The position numbers were made by a program, and so were the translations under genes. The notes under the pieces were generated by a model. The model ran no database searches. It had not been told where the DNA came from and worked only from the letters and a program-made list of their open reading frames with translations. A DNA stretch of 64,000 nucleotides from a virus. Location of the stretch: positions 1-64,000 of the IMG/VR virus record IMGVR_UViG_2084038018_000001. One strand, 5' to 3'. Positions 10,701 to 17,392 of the stretch are shown in pieces; position 1 is the first letter of the stretch, and every line of letters starts with the position of its first letter.

Positions 10701-11335
10701 AGTTCAGCGGTAACGTGGCAGGAGCGGCGTCGACTTGGACCTTCAACCAGTGTACGTTCCTCAACGAAACTGGCACGAGCATCGGCACGAACGGTACGTC
10801 ACCGACGAACAACATCGCGACCGACGGTAAGGTGTATTGGAACCTGAACGCACGTCTGGCGGCTCAGCCGAACGTGAGCTTCACCGGTAGTGGTTCGTTC
10901 TCCGGTTCGACCTTCTACTACTGGTCAGATCCGTTCACCATCGCTCGGGTTCCTTACCCAGTGATGACGCCGGCTGCGTGGAACTTCACGATGGCTCAGG
11001 CTGATGCTGGTAAGGTTATCGACCTGGCTGACATGGCACTGACCTTCACGGATGACCTCGGAGCACCGCTGACTGGCGTGTCCTTCAACACCGTTCCAGG
11101 CGTTGATAACACCTCTGGCTTCCGCGGTATCTTCCAGCCTCGTCTGGCAGACGGAACCGACTGGTCTAAGGCCTTAGTGCCGCTGACCGATGGTTCTGAC
11201 GGCAAGTATGTCCTGAAGCTGAGCTCTACCGGTAAAGGCTTCTCGAACTACTGGGTGAACGTCTTCAGCTCAACCTTCGTGTTCAACACGTCGATCGGGT
11301 TGCAAACGATGACCATCTCTGCGAGAATCAACTAA
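1739..11335 (+). CDS. giant (3198 aa) repetitive beta-sandwich/Ig-like module protein; probable virion surface fibre or adhesin
   Basis: Single uninterrupted 9597-nt ORF. At least 18 copies by eye of a roughly 100-aa module with signature [AG]-x-G-x-Y-x(3-5)-V-x-TN-x(2,3)-GG-x-[VI] (for example AAGLYAYRVTTNHKGGPVSV, GQGVYRLKVVTNDRGGQVNV, ATGTYRFNVMTNGLGGYVEI, ANGTYGTTVKTNDKGGDINV, SNGVYKVSVQTNSLGGTVSM). One Pro/Asp-rich linker (DIDNPDIPPGTDPSEIPGSGDDGEPGPNDD). Sits in the virion-gene block and is followed by a terminator. Confidence 0.6.
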   Translation: MQITKLSFLSTQAVGDNVFAIEEFLDIPIDQVFGTHRAREKALFNFIDSDAVEKVSRDTWKIVKDITLDAANVKMRQGDFFRVRLDEEGDDSPIHFGLDATGVFVLSRAVFASLQTYRVLEPGVQESVRMQFTFGGQPVIDAKLTSKFSSMSLVPVDATAGIYELKVFTAMAPSDDIISIEVTGTSLGNNVYEAPVRLTVREPVLTIVPIDVQMAQKQTKGVTWQLLMEGVPAPAAIPVQAQPDELIRKVLSFTLLDATQAIYEMRATAGDTPGTSPVVSTYDFGRGYIATKEVDVNIEVAPAVFITQDTQILEANQTQLIRFYAKWVDGNLPVTNAQFSTTDIRGPGIESVEPTLIALDPAAGLYAYRVTTNHKGGPVSVRTNITSNGIPYPVFFDLTSKSTPVTAIALNTLPAAATEWLTFRVQQERLGGLTPLVGVVAKQFTVTGVPVVGVQGAVEAVGQGVYRLKVVTNDRGGQVNVSAVLTVDDEDHAVSFTTTAAALSQAMVVSTGPALTGEQTQAVPVEVRFEGQLYDLGTPSVIVTGNSLISYGALRRTGVGKYEIQSVNVNGKGGILSISVTGKVQGFNQTLGTTVAVNPVSAVVASNITHYRPTTQGPLKFTALRDGVALALTFSKATLTGAVTDFDGTIETINANTGEYQVKNAVASAPSVQSPIGISAPYKLKGYSYTLVFNSYTEAMPTLTVDTQDVIPAGDVKTDYRLYFAVDGVIANLQDSNVSGSGTSFVSMDSPKLMQISDGIWAVQGLLPGPDRGQIVISGTVLIDGITYHINVPIRTKDTKPDIDNPDIPPGTDPSEIPGSGDDGEPGPNDDLPYLGPIEGLEPELYQTVYFKLAKKGNPIGDATLANGIVTGRAIESYDGFALHDAATGTYRFNVMTNGLGGYVEINVDITIDGDVYPTTYRSFAKKAKAWAVVSSSSLASATSGQEILFSITNDGKTIGSPYLRALDVTGSVVRAASKNLEGLGNSPYYTYRTGGIRIGSPAGDVKLSIQGSTNNINWHDMEKIWALPEASKPIVTVGPMIPAVATSTLTFRIQRNSLPLFAPTFANLSVSGEPVDVATLDWVKLNANGTYGTTVKTNDKGGDINVSFDVIDDGVTYHYDLIAQADIVRPWTAVLKTTSLKPEIATNIDFQSMYGGAPVAMTNPKVTVVGDCLVSPTAEITPIYQDGVNQIYRVPNVLVNNDGGPITLEISGTVYDQQVSTVLQMTVTPLPDMQIVGVTTELPFRQTSDWTFKVNRGEDNPSVFASNAVSNLSVTGAAVAGYTPTVVPVSNGVYKVSVQTNSLGGTVSMAFDVTIAGQTHHLTLDVAAAVEPPVTARSINTLETNAVATNLDFQLMRGTVPCADSFLVKSVSITGRSVTSYPQSVINVDVANGKYRMQVNTSAYSDVAHVTINATVRGEDTVLTFDVQIAQGVLPTVSMASDSFIYNLMSSGVLAFKQGETAITGVTVTAVEGPLDQWTVSGTTLNGIPTQKGQSTLNITFSWKGASYTGSVDIMPANSIFVTPIGDPKLKAYVANKVNFPLVQENGSAYPGTTTFSVATGPFTATTLTQEADGTYSMNLTYAGELLPTNIIVTATNGSEITKHIIAYSVWFNLEARFTGTALLDSTQVSNQVQFDVWEINQNNVKSVYSGVQLNSLDVNAPNEDDLIGFSTFSIMSATQYRGTFLVSTQPVDLSDMTFQFFWTSPLRTYTIKGKFRVQKPIVATWIPKDLEGGRQDTVQFYLKSGSMPITDAVDATSTVTNATIKKAPYVVDSATGLYAIDVQPSGNATTMTVTLKVKQAINNLTSTLTAKSLPVTPGAYAAVPTLTLKRQIESQNLDMQFTQGGIPLSGVTVNSVTFDGAIQSMGAVTVVSSTTYRWPTVVSLDGATPHIIFNITVGGVGMVLEVDYPIADPVKPDLVFSGTPTFTRGRVTTPLFKLRLGSTVYSVTSAANTPYNFSGFKITDGADNFTANGLVSETDGGGRITGWLKMNFFSLKAGTQILKLDVSMNGVIYHTETTIDVVDGAIVEWIGTYDLRAKAETTMNFRISPPAGVTLDPTVVPTWTTQPYPITQATVANGDGTYTMKVKPTAESIGGNGVGTIVSGGVTYNFGSPPLQVLWNLAFGVNNTAVFPVEVASATIYSYNQRAVDALDGSALTWRLDGYGGNISNIRATADVDVINGTPGSVVNNTYSTRFNVPTKKVDFANILFTFDVTSVTTGYVYKDLTVKAIAFDTVIWTYIPPTDGYLSGQKYDIQFKLTYQTSGKPVTNAVYKQAHGAVGCTTDAVFKVIDAANGIYAVPTTIAQGGTTFSVTPRAGFVVDAAQNLLSYTTLAGAQQTMSASSALTSILPILSAYASGTVTTLRPQYLGFKSSPQAGLSGQTVTNMTTTSYAPAQTLNGTELDPNLWFVAVNAGANPTAPQDGWTVTYPMTPNITFSKDGVDSVFQLNATVFSNVVPVTAMTEITTLGGEVHLTVQAGVTSSFTAMGSMPCDGWTLYGIDGEVINGLGGAVSTYATDTKVHLNLPELPAIRHGVLVVRTMNSTNNFKIHVGATDVNVVKLNKAPISSGGVMTIGAATTVTFSLTPPDGVTYSNPTVTVENNPWTTSGTLVDNGDGTYSITITPDVETGGRIIKLKVVNAGQTYYHGVKTVAKDSVPYGVGIASVAGETLGNLNGPVLYITKNGVEQMWNLSGNEATLPHSSVQLSTTATGVTINPTQYQNNTLLQRLGIFATSSAPAGSADYADIKTEFDVISPVTGLTSHLSYIQGVAKAYSITWDTTVIPVWGVETVIPFTMKYTSSSGPVTNLGLVSASITSGTATVKQELVTIDAATGKYGVKVTTGSTANCTLSITVRVGNRVNTDTYSRLFASTAGATVTMAAMAGATRTIGIKLAGATAGDVITATGEGAIMDATSGSWTPTASGVIFVPLPASNRTRPTNTNTTPSTVDTFTITYTRGGQTYTVPCSITVFWLNAKVTGFTITSDLLQFSGNVAGAASTWTFNQCTFLNETGTSIGTNGTSPTNNIATDGKVYWNLNARLAAQPNVSFTGSGSFSGSTFYYWSDPFTIARVPYPVMTPAAWNFTMAQADAGKVIDLADMALTFTDDLGAPLTGVSFNTVPGVDNTSGFRGIFQPRLADGTDWSKALVPLTDGSDGKYVLKLSSTGKGFSNYWVNVFSSTFVFNTSIGLQTMTISARIN

Positions 11336-11341
11336 AATTCT

Positions 11342-11363
11342 AAGGCCCTACGGGGCCTTTTTT
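11342..11363 (+). terminator. rho-independent terminator
   Basis: GGCCC-TACG-GGGCC hairpin followed by TTTTTT. Confidence 0.7.
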
Positions 11364-11376
11364 AATGGAGCTGCCT

Positions 11377-11691
11377 ATGAATCCCCTAGTTAAGAAGATC
11401 GGTGAGATCCCGATCAAAGTCGTTAACACTGTCGCCGGCGGCAATGCAATCGATGCAATGAAGCTACACCACAATCCGCTACTTAACCGAGCTCTCGGGA
11501 AGATTTCTCCTGACAGTAAAATCATGAAACGGATGGTGGAAAGATACGGCACACCTGCACAACGTCATGCCTTCGCGAAGGAACGCGTAAAGACACACAT
11601 GGCTCGCGCTGCGACCATTACCGGAGGCAGTGCCCTCCTGCTTCGTGAGCGTAGAAAACAACGACAAGGACCTTACTATGCTACTTACTAA
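11377..11691 (+). CDS. hypothetical protein (104 aa)
   Basis: ATG 11377 preferred over 11365 because GGAG lies 6 nt upstream. Same TTTTTTAATGGAG-N6/7-ATG layout as at 17393. Confidence 0.6.
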   Translation: MNPLVKKIGEIPIKVVNTVAGGNAIDAMKLHHNPLLNRALGKISPDSKIMKRMVERYGTPAQRHAFAKERVKTHMARAATITGGSALLLRERRKQRQGPYYATY

Positions 11692-12334
11692 GATCCAAGC
11701 GATCTTCCGGTCGATCATCGCAATGACCGATTCCTGGAAGCGATTCTTTATGAGTATCACACTCCTGCTACTGATCTCTGGGGGCGCCATCGTGTATCAA
11801 GCGACGAGCCTCTACCTGACCGGTAACTCCGAGTACTACTCATCCCTGGCTAAACGCCTGCAGGCGGACGACAAGATCACTCCGGTGATGGATGCGTTCC
11901 GTGATAAAATCGGATCAGACCGACTGCTCGTGGCAGAGTTGCATGACGGTAAGAAAAACACTACCGGCGTACGCTTTGCTTACATGTCAGGGACCTATGA
12001 GTCCGATGACCGCGGGTTAACCCGTGTGCTACTCGAGTTCCAGAATATCCCGACGTCAATCTTCGCCGGACTCTGGGGCCCGTTACTGGATGGTAAATGC
12101 GTCATGATCGACGATCAGAGTCCTCATGAAGTGGCTCGTGCACAGTTCCATGAGTACGGGGCTAACCGTACGATGATGTGTCCGATTCAGTCACCGGGTG
12201 ATTCCTCTATGATCGGCATCCTGTTCGCTACCTGGCGTGTTGACCCGACGGATTTCAATCTGGACAAGGTCAACGACGAAATGGAGAAAGCCTCCTACAT
12301 CATCTCTGGCCTGATCTACGAAGCGAAGGAGTAA
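11678..12334 (+). CDS. hypothetical membrane-anchored protein (218 aa)
   Basis: Start moved to ATG 11678 (AAGGA 7 nt upstream). N-terminal hydrophobic helix FFMSITLLLLISGGAIVY. Confidence 0.6.
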   Translation: MLLTKIQAIFRSIIAMTDSWKRFFMSITLLLLISGGAIVYQATSLYLTGNSEYYSSLAKRLQADDKITPVMDAFRDKIGSDRLLVAELHDGKKNTTGVRFAYMSGTYESDDRGLTRVLLEFQNIPTSIFAGLWGPLLDGKCVMIDDQSPHEVARAQFHEYGANRTMMCPIQSPGDSSMIGILFATWRVDPTDFNLDKVNDEMEKASYIISGLIYEAKE

Positions 12335-12336
12335 TA

Positions 12337-12771
12337 ATGGCAGATTTAACGACTCAAGACGTCCGCGATTTCCTGCGTGACAGCAAAGACAACAACCACC
12401 TGCTTGATGACATCGAGAACCCGGATTCGATCATCCGTCTGTCGATGGACCTGGCAATCAGTGACTTCAACGCTATTCCTCCGAAGACAACCTTCAACCT
12501 CACCGGCTTCGAGTACAAGGCCGTTCTGCTCTATGGAACGTGCTGGCAGCTCTTCCTCGGTTTGATGGCACTGGCGGCTCGTAACACGATGTCGTATAGT
12601 GATGGTGGACTGGACATTCCGATCGAAGAACGCTTCCCGTACTACGCTCAGATGGCCCAGATTTATCAGCAGATGTACCAGTCAGCAGCGAAACCCGTCA
12701 AGATTCAGCTCAACATGGAATCTGGTTGGGAAGACGTTCGTTCTGACTACGCAACTTTCCCAGCGTGGTGA
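12337..12771 (+). CDS. hypothetical virion-module protein (144 aa)
   Basis: Tightly packed ORF 2 nt after the previous stop. Function assigned by position only (between the fibre genes and the tail sheath). Confidence 0.6.
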   Translation: MADLTTQDVRDFLRDSKDNNHLLDDIENPDSIIRLSMDLAISDFNAIPPKTTFNLTGFEYKAVLLYGTCWQLFLGLMALAARNTMSYSDGGLDIPIEERFPYYAQMAQIYQQMYQSAAKPVKIQLNMESGWEDVRSDYATFPAW

Positions 12772-12774
12772 TTT

Positions 12775-13665
12775 ATGTTTCCGATGGAAGTATCATGGCT
12801 TAACTTTACCGGATTCGTCGAGATCGATACGATCGTCGGTGACGAACTGGGATACTTCGACGTCCGGATCAATTTCTTCCCCAACTGGTTTGACTCCATC
12901 CGAATGGACTGGGAAGTTCCGGGCGAGATGCTCGCTCTGAACCCCAAGTTCCGTGTTGCCGTCTCGGAGAATGAGGAAGGACCGTTCCGTGAGATTTCCG
13001 CTCAGTGGTTCACGGAACCCTTCCTCACCGTCACCAACACGTTCGATTCCTCAAAGTTCGGGCGAGAGTTTTACGTCCTTCAGGTGATGCTCAGCGATGG
13101 GCGAATCCTGAAGTCGGCGCCGCAGGTGATCGGTAACCGTCTTCCGAAGTGGCAGTTCCTCCGCTGGAAAGAGATCACTCGTCGTGAGTGGATCATGCTC
13201 GACAAGTTCTACGGAGTGGACTGCGTCGTGTTCCGTCGTAAGGAGTACGGTACTCGCTGCTCCTACTGCTGGGATGCGAAGAACGAGAAGACGACCCGTG
13301 ATCACTGTGAGCACTGCTTCGGAACTTCCTATGAAGGCGGTTTCTATAAGGGTATCTCCACCCTGATGCAGTTCAACCAGTGGGCCGGTACGAAGAGCAA
13401 TACCTACTTCGGTAAGTATGAGCCAAACCAGGTGATGGCCTGGACGATGAACTACCCAACGATCAAGCCGCATGATATCATCATCCGGTTAACTGATTTC
13501 ACGGTGTTCCGTGTCGAGATGACACAAAATACGACGATCATGACTGTACCGCAGCGTCAAATCTTCAAGTTGACCCAGCTGTCCAAGACATCGATCGAGA
13601 ACCGCCTGCTCCAACGTGGCGGATGGTCTGAATTGCGTGAAAGACCAAAGCATATCCACAAGTGA
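12775..13665 (+). CDS. hypothetical virion-module protein with a four-Cys metal-binding motif
   Basis: 296 aa with a C-x2-C-x12-C-x2-C motif (CSYCWDAKNEKTTRDHCEHC). Confidence 0.6.
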   Translation: MFPMEVSWLNFTGFVEIDTIVGDELGYFDVRINFFPNWFDSIRMDWEVPGEMLALNPKFRVAVSENEEGPFREISAQWFTEPFLTVTNTFDSSKFGREFYVLQVMLSDGRILKSAPQVIGNRLPKWQFLRWKEITRREWIMLDKFYGVDCVVFRRKEYGTRCSYCWDAKNEKTTRDHCEHCFGTSYEGGFYKGISTLMQFNQWAGTKSNTYFGKYEPNQVMAWTMNYPTIKPHDIIIRLTDFTVFRVEMTQNTTIMTVPQRQIFKLTQLSKTSIENRLLQRGGWSELRERPKHIHK

Positions 13666-13673
13666 GGTGTAAA

Positions 13674-13763
13674 ATGGATTCAGGATGTAACGAGATTGGC
13701 TACGGCGAAGGTATCTGGCAGCAAGAAGATGTTGATTACTTCACTGGTTTCGGAGAAGGCTAA
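13674..13763 (+). CDS. micro-ORF 1 (29 aa, acidic/aromatic)
   Basis: MDSGCNEIGYGEGIWQQEDVDYFTGFGEG. GAGGTG lies 5 nt upstream. The stop overlaps the next ATG (TAATG). Confidence 0.45.
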   Translation: MDSGCNEIGYGEGIWQQEDVDYFTGFGEG

Positions 13764-13837
13764 TGCATGAAGAAGACTGGGGTCTGGACGACGAACGTCC
13801 TGACTTAATCACTAACGAGGAGAATTGGGATGTTTGA
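13763..13837 (+). CDS. micro-ORF 2 (24 aa, acidic/aromatic)
   Basis: MHEEDWGLDDERPDLITNEENWDV. GGAGAAGG upstream. Overlaps micro-ORF 3 by 8 nt. An alternative frame from ATG 13767 gives a 13-aa peptide. Confidence 0.35.
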   Translation: MHEEDWGLDDERPDLITNEENWDV

Positions 13838-13895
13838 CGAATTCGACGGGTTTGATGAGCACCCGGACTTCATCAGGATCGTGGAGATCATCTAA
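13830..13895 (+). CDS. micro-ORF 3 (21 aa, acidic/aromatic)
   Basis: MFDEFDGFDEHPDFIRIVEII. GAGGAG lies 7 nt upstream. The stop TAA abuts the ATG of the next gene. Confidence 0.4.
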   Translation: MFDEFDGFDEHPDFIRIVEII

Positions 13896-14486
13896 ATGGC
13901 AATTAACTTCACGCCGCTCACTACGGTGAGTATGTTCCGTGATTGCCTTCGAGTCTGGTTCGCCCAGAATGGCGGGCCAGATTTAACGTGGGACGAAGAC
14001 CCGAAGCAGAGTAAAATCTGGATCGGTACCGTCAACGACCCTTACTCCAATGAACCGAACCAGAAGATGCCGCGTATTCTCATGAAACGTGGTGCCGTGC
14101 AGCAGACCGTTCAGTTCATTAACAACAGTGGAGAGTTGGTCAGTGGCACCCCGCAGCAACCCACCAAGCATTCCCGTATGGACCTTAATGGCTCCGTCGG
14201 TGTGATCATCGAGTGTGATCAAGAGGGAACTTGTGAAATGCTGGGCGAAGCGATTCGCCGTTTCGTCACCCGAAACCGTCCCATGTTCGAAGAGCAGTTC
14301 GGCTTTCAACGTTTCGGTCACACAATTATGATTTCTGAGTGTGATCAGAGTGATGAAGACAAAGAGAAATTTAAAATACAGGTACAGATACCGTACATCG
14401 TTGAGGATCGCTGGAACTATACACCAGATTCCATCCTCCTTAAGAAGATCGTCGGTGATGTACGTGTAAATATGAACCCTAAATGA
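13896..14486 (+). CDS. hypothetical protein; possible tail-completion role by position only
   Basis: 196-aa ORF immediately upstream of the sheath-like gene. Confidence 0.5.
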   Translation: MAINFTPLTTVSMFRDCLRVWFAQNGGPDLTWDEDPKQSKIWIGTVNDPYSNEPNQKMPRILMKRGAVQQTVQFINNSGELVSGTPQQPTKHSRMDLNGSVGVIIECDQEGTCEMLGEAIRRFVTRNRPMFEEQFGFQRFGHTIMISECDQSDEDKEKFKIQVQIPYIVEDRWNYTPDSILLKKIVGDVRVNMNPK

Positions 14487-14499
14487 AGAGGAAAGCATA

Positions 14500-16620
14500 A
14501 TGGCTTACAGAAAACCTAGTGTCGCGGTCTACCAAGAGCTTGAAAACTCTGGTGGTGCAGCGAGCGTCACTCCGGATCTTCAGACGGTAATCATCGGGCC
14601 TCTCTACAATGAGGTCAAGATCGATCCGACTGACGAAACGTCGCTGGCGAACGCTAAAGGGACCGACGTTGATCACTGGCTTGAGTCCGGTGAAGCTCGT
14701 AAGATGCTGGAAATTGCCATCAACGGCAACTCCACGTATCCGGGCCAGAAAGTGGTCGACGATGAAAGCATTCGTCTGTACCTGATGAACGTGCAGGTTA
14801 AGACCTACGCTTTCACCAAACCGTCGCTGAGCTTTGCTGAGCCGACTACTGCTTCTCAGTTCGACGCTGACGTGTCTGCTGTACAGTTCGGTTTCGCAGA
14901 CGCTAACCCGCTGGCTCCGCTGGCGATCGGCGATAAAGGTCCGCACGTTCGCTCCGGCGACTTGCTGATCGCGACCGACGGCACCATCACTGTTGAGACA
15001 ACTATCTCTTCAGTCAAGCTGGTTGGCACCACGATGACCCTGAGCGTCACCGACTCTCTGGAAGTCCTGGGCGGCTCTAAGCCGATCACCTTCTCCGTGT
15101 TCCGTCTGTTCACCGGCCTGGAGCTGAACATCTTCCGTGTTAACGCGGCAGACGTTGACGTTTCACAGATCCTGCTGGGTCAAGAGGTCCTGAAGATCTC
15201 CAACCAGTACCAGATCCTGAACACCCCGGTAGCGGGCGACGGTTCGTACACCCTGCGTGCACCGAGCCAGTCAGCGAACGGCAAGCCAGTCCAGACTTAC
15301 ATCGGTTACCGTGCACTGCGTACCGATAAGTCCCGTGAGATCATGACGATCGAACAGACTGCAGGTGACCTGGTGTCTAAGCTGGGTGAAGCAACCAGCA
15401 CTAACCCGCTGGCTCTGGGCGTTAGCCTGGCCCTGAAGAACACCACGACGAGCATCCGTGCTGTATCGATCGAAGAAGACTCCGTTGATGCGTATCAGAC
15501 TGCCCTGCAGCTGATCCAGAACGAACGTCTGTACTCAATCGTTCCGCTGACCTCGAAGATGGAAGTGCTGACCATGGTTAAGGCACACGTTGATCTGATG
15601 TCCGATCCGGAAACCGCTATGTGGCGTATCGGTATCGTGTCTTCTGATCCTTCAGACGTGCTGACCCTGGGTACCTTTGACGGGCAGTTCCCGATCAAGA
15701 AGAGCTCCATCGGTGACTCCGCTGGTCGTCACAACATGATCCTGAAAGTAGATGACGCAACGTTCCTGAACGACGGCATCCAACCAGGTGACATGATTTC
15801 GATCATCACTGCGGACGACGCGGCGATTCAGGGTACCTTCAAGCTGGATACCATTTACAGCAACACGACTGTAGGTGTGAAGGCTGGCCTGAGCGGCGAA
15901 ACTGGGTACATCCCAGAGATCGAAACCAACGTAACGAAGTTTGAGATCCTGCGTAACCTGGACAACGCGTCTAAGGCGAAGAACATCGCAGCAATCTCTT
16001 CGACGTTCAACGACAAGCGTATCATTCACGTGATGCCTTGCCTGGTTGGTATCACTGAGAACTCTGTGATCAAGTACCTGCCGTCGTACTACCTGGCCGC
16101 TGCGGTTGCCGGTTGCGTAGCTGGTTTCCCAGTTCAACAGGGTCTGACCAACCTGACGATGGCAGGCATTGACTCTCTGCAGGGAAGTAACTTCTACTTC
16201 TCCAAAGACGATCTGAACACCATGGCTGCGGCCGGTACGATGATCTTCGTGCAGGATACTCAGTCTGCAGCGCCGTACTGCCGTCACGAACTGACCACGG
16301 ATATGTCAGTGCTCGAATACCGCGAGCTGCTGAAAGTGAAGAACTGGGACTACCTGTCTTACTTCTATCACGATATCCTGACTCCGTTCATCGGTCAGTG
16401 GAACATCGTGGACGACACCCTGCGTGTTATCCGTCAGACTGTGATCTCCGCATCTGAGAACCTGAAGACTCAGAAGCTGCCTCGTATCGGTGCACCGCTG
16501 GTGTCCTACGAGATCGCTACCCTGGCTCAGGACACGACGATGAAGGATAAGATCCAGCTGAAAATGAACATCGCGATCGTTGATCCGAACAACTACACCG
16601 ACGTTCACCTGGTGATCTAA
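14500..16620 (+). CDS. tail sheath protein (putative)
   Basis: 706 aa, directly upstream of a tube-like gene. GAGGAAAG SD and a terminator after the stop. The N-terminus PSVAVYQE...TVIIGP loosely resembles the sheath N-terminal region. The call rests on size, order and weak motif. Confidence 0.6.
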   Translation: MAYRKPSVAVYQELENSGGAASVTPDLQTVIIGPLYNEVKIDPTDETSLANAKGTDVDHWLESGEARKMLEIAINGNSTYPGQKVVDDESIRLYLMNVQVKTYAFTKPSLSFAEPTTASQFDADVSAVQFGFADANPLAPLAIGDKGPHVRSGDLLIATDGTITVETTISSVKLVGTTMTLSVTDSLEVLGGSKPITFSVFRLFTGLELNIFRVNAADVDVSQILLGQEVLKISNQYQILNTPVAGDGSYTLRAPSQSANGKPVQTYIGYRALRTDKSREIMTIEQTAGDLVSKLGEATSTNPLALGVSLALKNTTTSIRAVSIEEDSVDAYQTALQLIQNERLYSIVPLTSKMEVLTMVKAHVDLMSDPETAMWRIGIVSSDPSDVLTLGTFDGQFPIKKSSIGDSAGRHNMILKVDDATFLNDGIQPGDMISIITADDAAIQGTFKLDTIYSNTTVGVKAGLSGETGYIPEIETNVTKFEILRNLDNASKAKNIAAISSTFNDKRIIHVMPCLVGITENSVIKYLPSYYLAAAVAGCVAGFPVQQGLTNLTMAGIDSLQGSNFYFSKDDLNTMAAAGTMIFVQDTQSAAPYCRHELTTDMSVLEYRELLKVKNWDYLSYFYHDILTPFIGQWNIVDDTLRVIRQTVISASENLKTQKLPRIGAPLVSYEIATLAQDTTMKDKIQLKMNIAIVDPNNYTDVHLVI

Positions 16621-16623
16621 TCG

Positions 16624-16643
16624 AAGGGGCTTCGGCCCCTTTT
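16624..16643 (+). terminator. rho-independent terminator/attenuator
   Basis: GGGGC-TTCG-GCCCC hairpin followed by TTTT. Confidence 0.65.
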
Positions 16644-16660
16644 AACAAGAGGAATAAGTA

Positions 16661-17353
16661 ATGGCTACTCCAAATGACGCATTAGGCGTCGCTACCGACA
16701 ACGAAGGTCTATCGGCCGCGTGGGACTGGAAAGGTGAGTACGTCGATGGTCTCGCATCAGGTGACGGTCTCGAACGTTTCTCCCAGGGTTCTGCTACCCC
16801 AGATACGACTATCCTGTTCGCAGGCCCGGCTCGTTTCACCGGTATCGGCTCCGACACTAAGAAGCTGCACCCAATCGGTCTGATCGATGGGTTCTCCTTC
16901 TCAGCATCTGCACAGCTGCAGCGTATGTTCGAAATCGGTTCTAACCGTTCGTTCTTCACCCGTGGTAAGACGATCAGTCAGCTCCAGATCTCTTCTATGC
17001 TGGCAGACCAACAGAACATGCTGAAGGCACTGACTCAGGAAGCGTACAACGCCTCTTCTCTGGAAGCTGGTAAGTACACCCTGGACGCCCGTGGTACCAA
17101 ATCCGCTGGTGTGTCCAACCTGTTCCTGAACATGGACTCTGAACAACTGGCCGTACCATTCGGTATGCTGATGCTGTTCAAAACCAAGGGTTCTGAAGGG
17201 GCTTCTGGCCTCCGCGGTAAAATCCTGGGTGCGGCATACCTTGAGTACTGCATGCTGGACGGTTGGCAGTTCAACGTCCAGTCTTCAGCTCCGGTCATCG
17301 CCGAGAACGTCTCGATTCAGTTCGACCGAGCGGTCCCAGTCGACCTGCAGTAA
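16661..17353 (+). CDS. tail tube protein (putative)
   Basis: 230 aa between the sheath-like and spike-like genes, flanked by terminators (a highly expressed unit). AGAGGA SD. Confidence 0.55.
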   Translation: MATPNDALGVATDNEGLSAAWDWKGEYVDGLASGDGLERFSQGSATPDTTILFAGPARFTGIGSDTKKLHPIGLIDGFSFSASAQLQRMFEIGSNRSFFTRGKTISQLQISSMLADQQNMLKALTQEAYNASSLEAGKYTLDARGTKSAGVSNLFLNMDSEQLAVPFGMLMLFKTKGSEGASGLRGKILGAAYLEYCMLDGWQFNVQSSAPVIAENVSIQFDRAVPVDLQ

Positions 17354-17356
17354 GAA

Positions 17357-17378
17357 AAGGGCCTCCGGGCCCTTTTTT
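17357..17378 (+). terminator. rho-independent terminator
   Basis: GGGCC-TCCG-GGCCC hairpin followed by TTTTTT. Confidence 0.7.
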
Positions 17379-17392
17379 AATGGAGAAAATTC

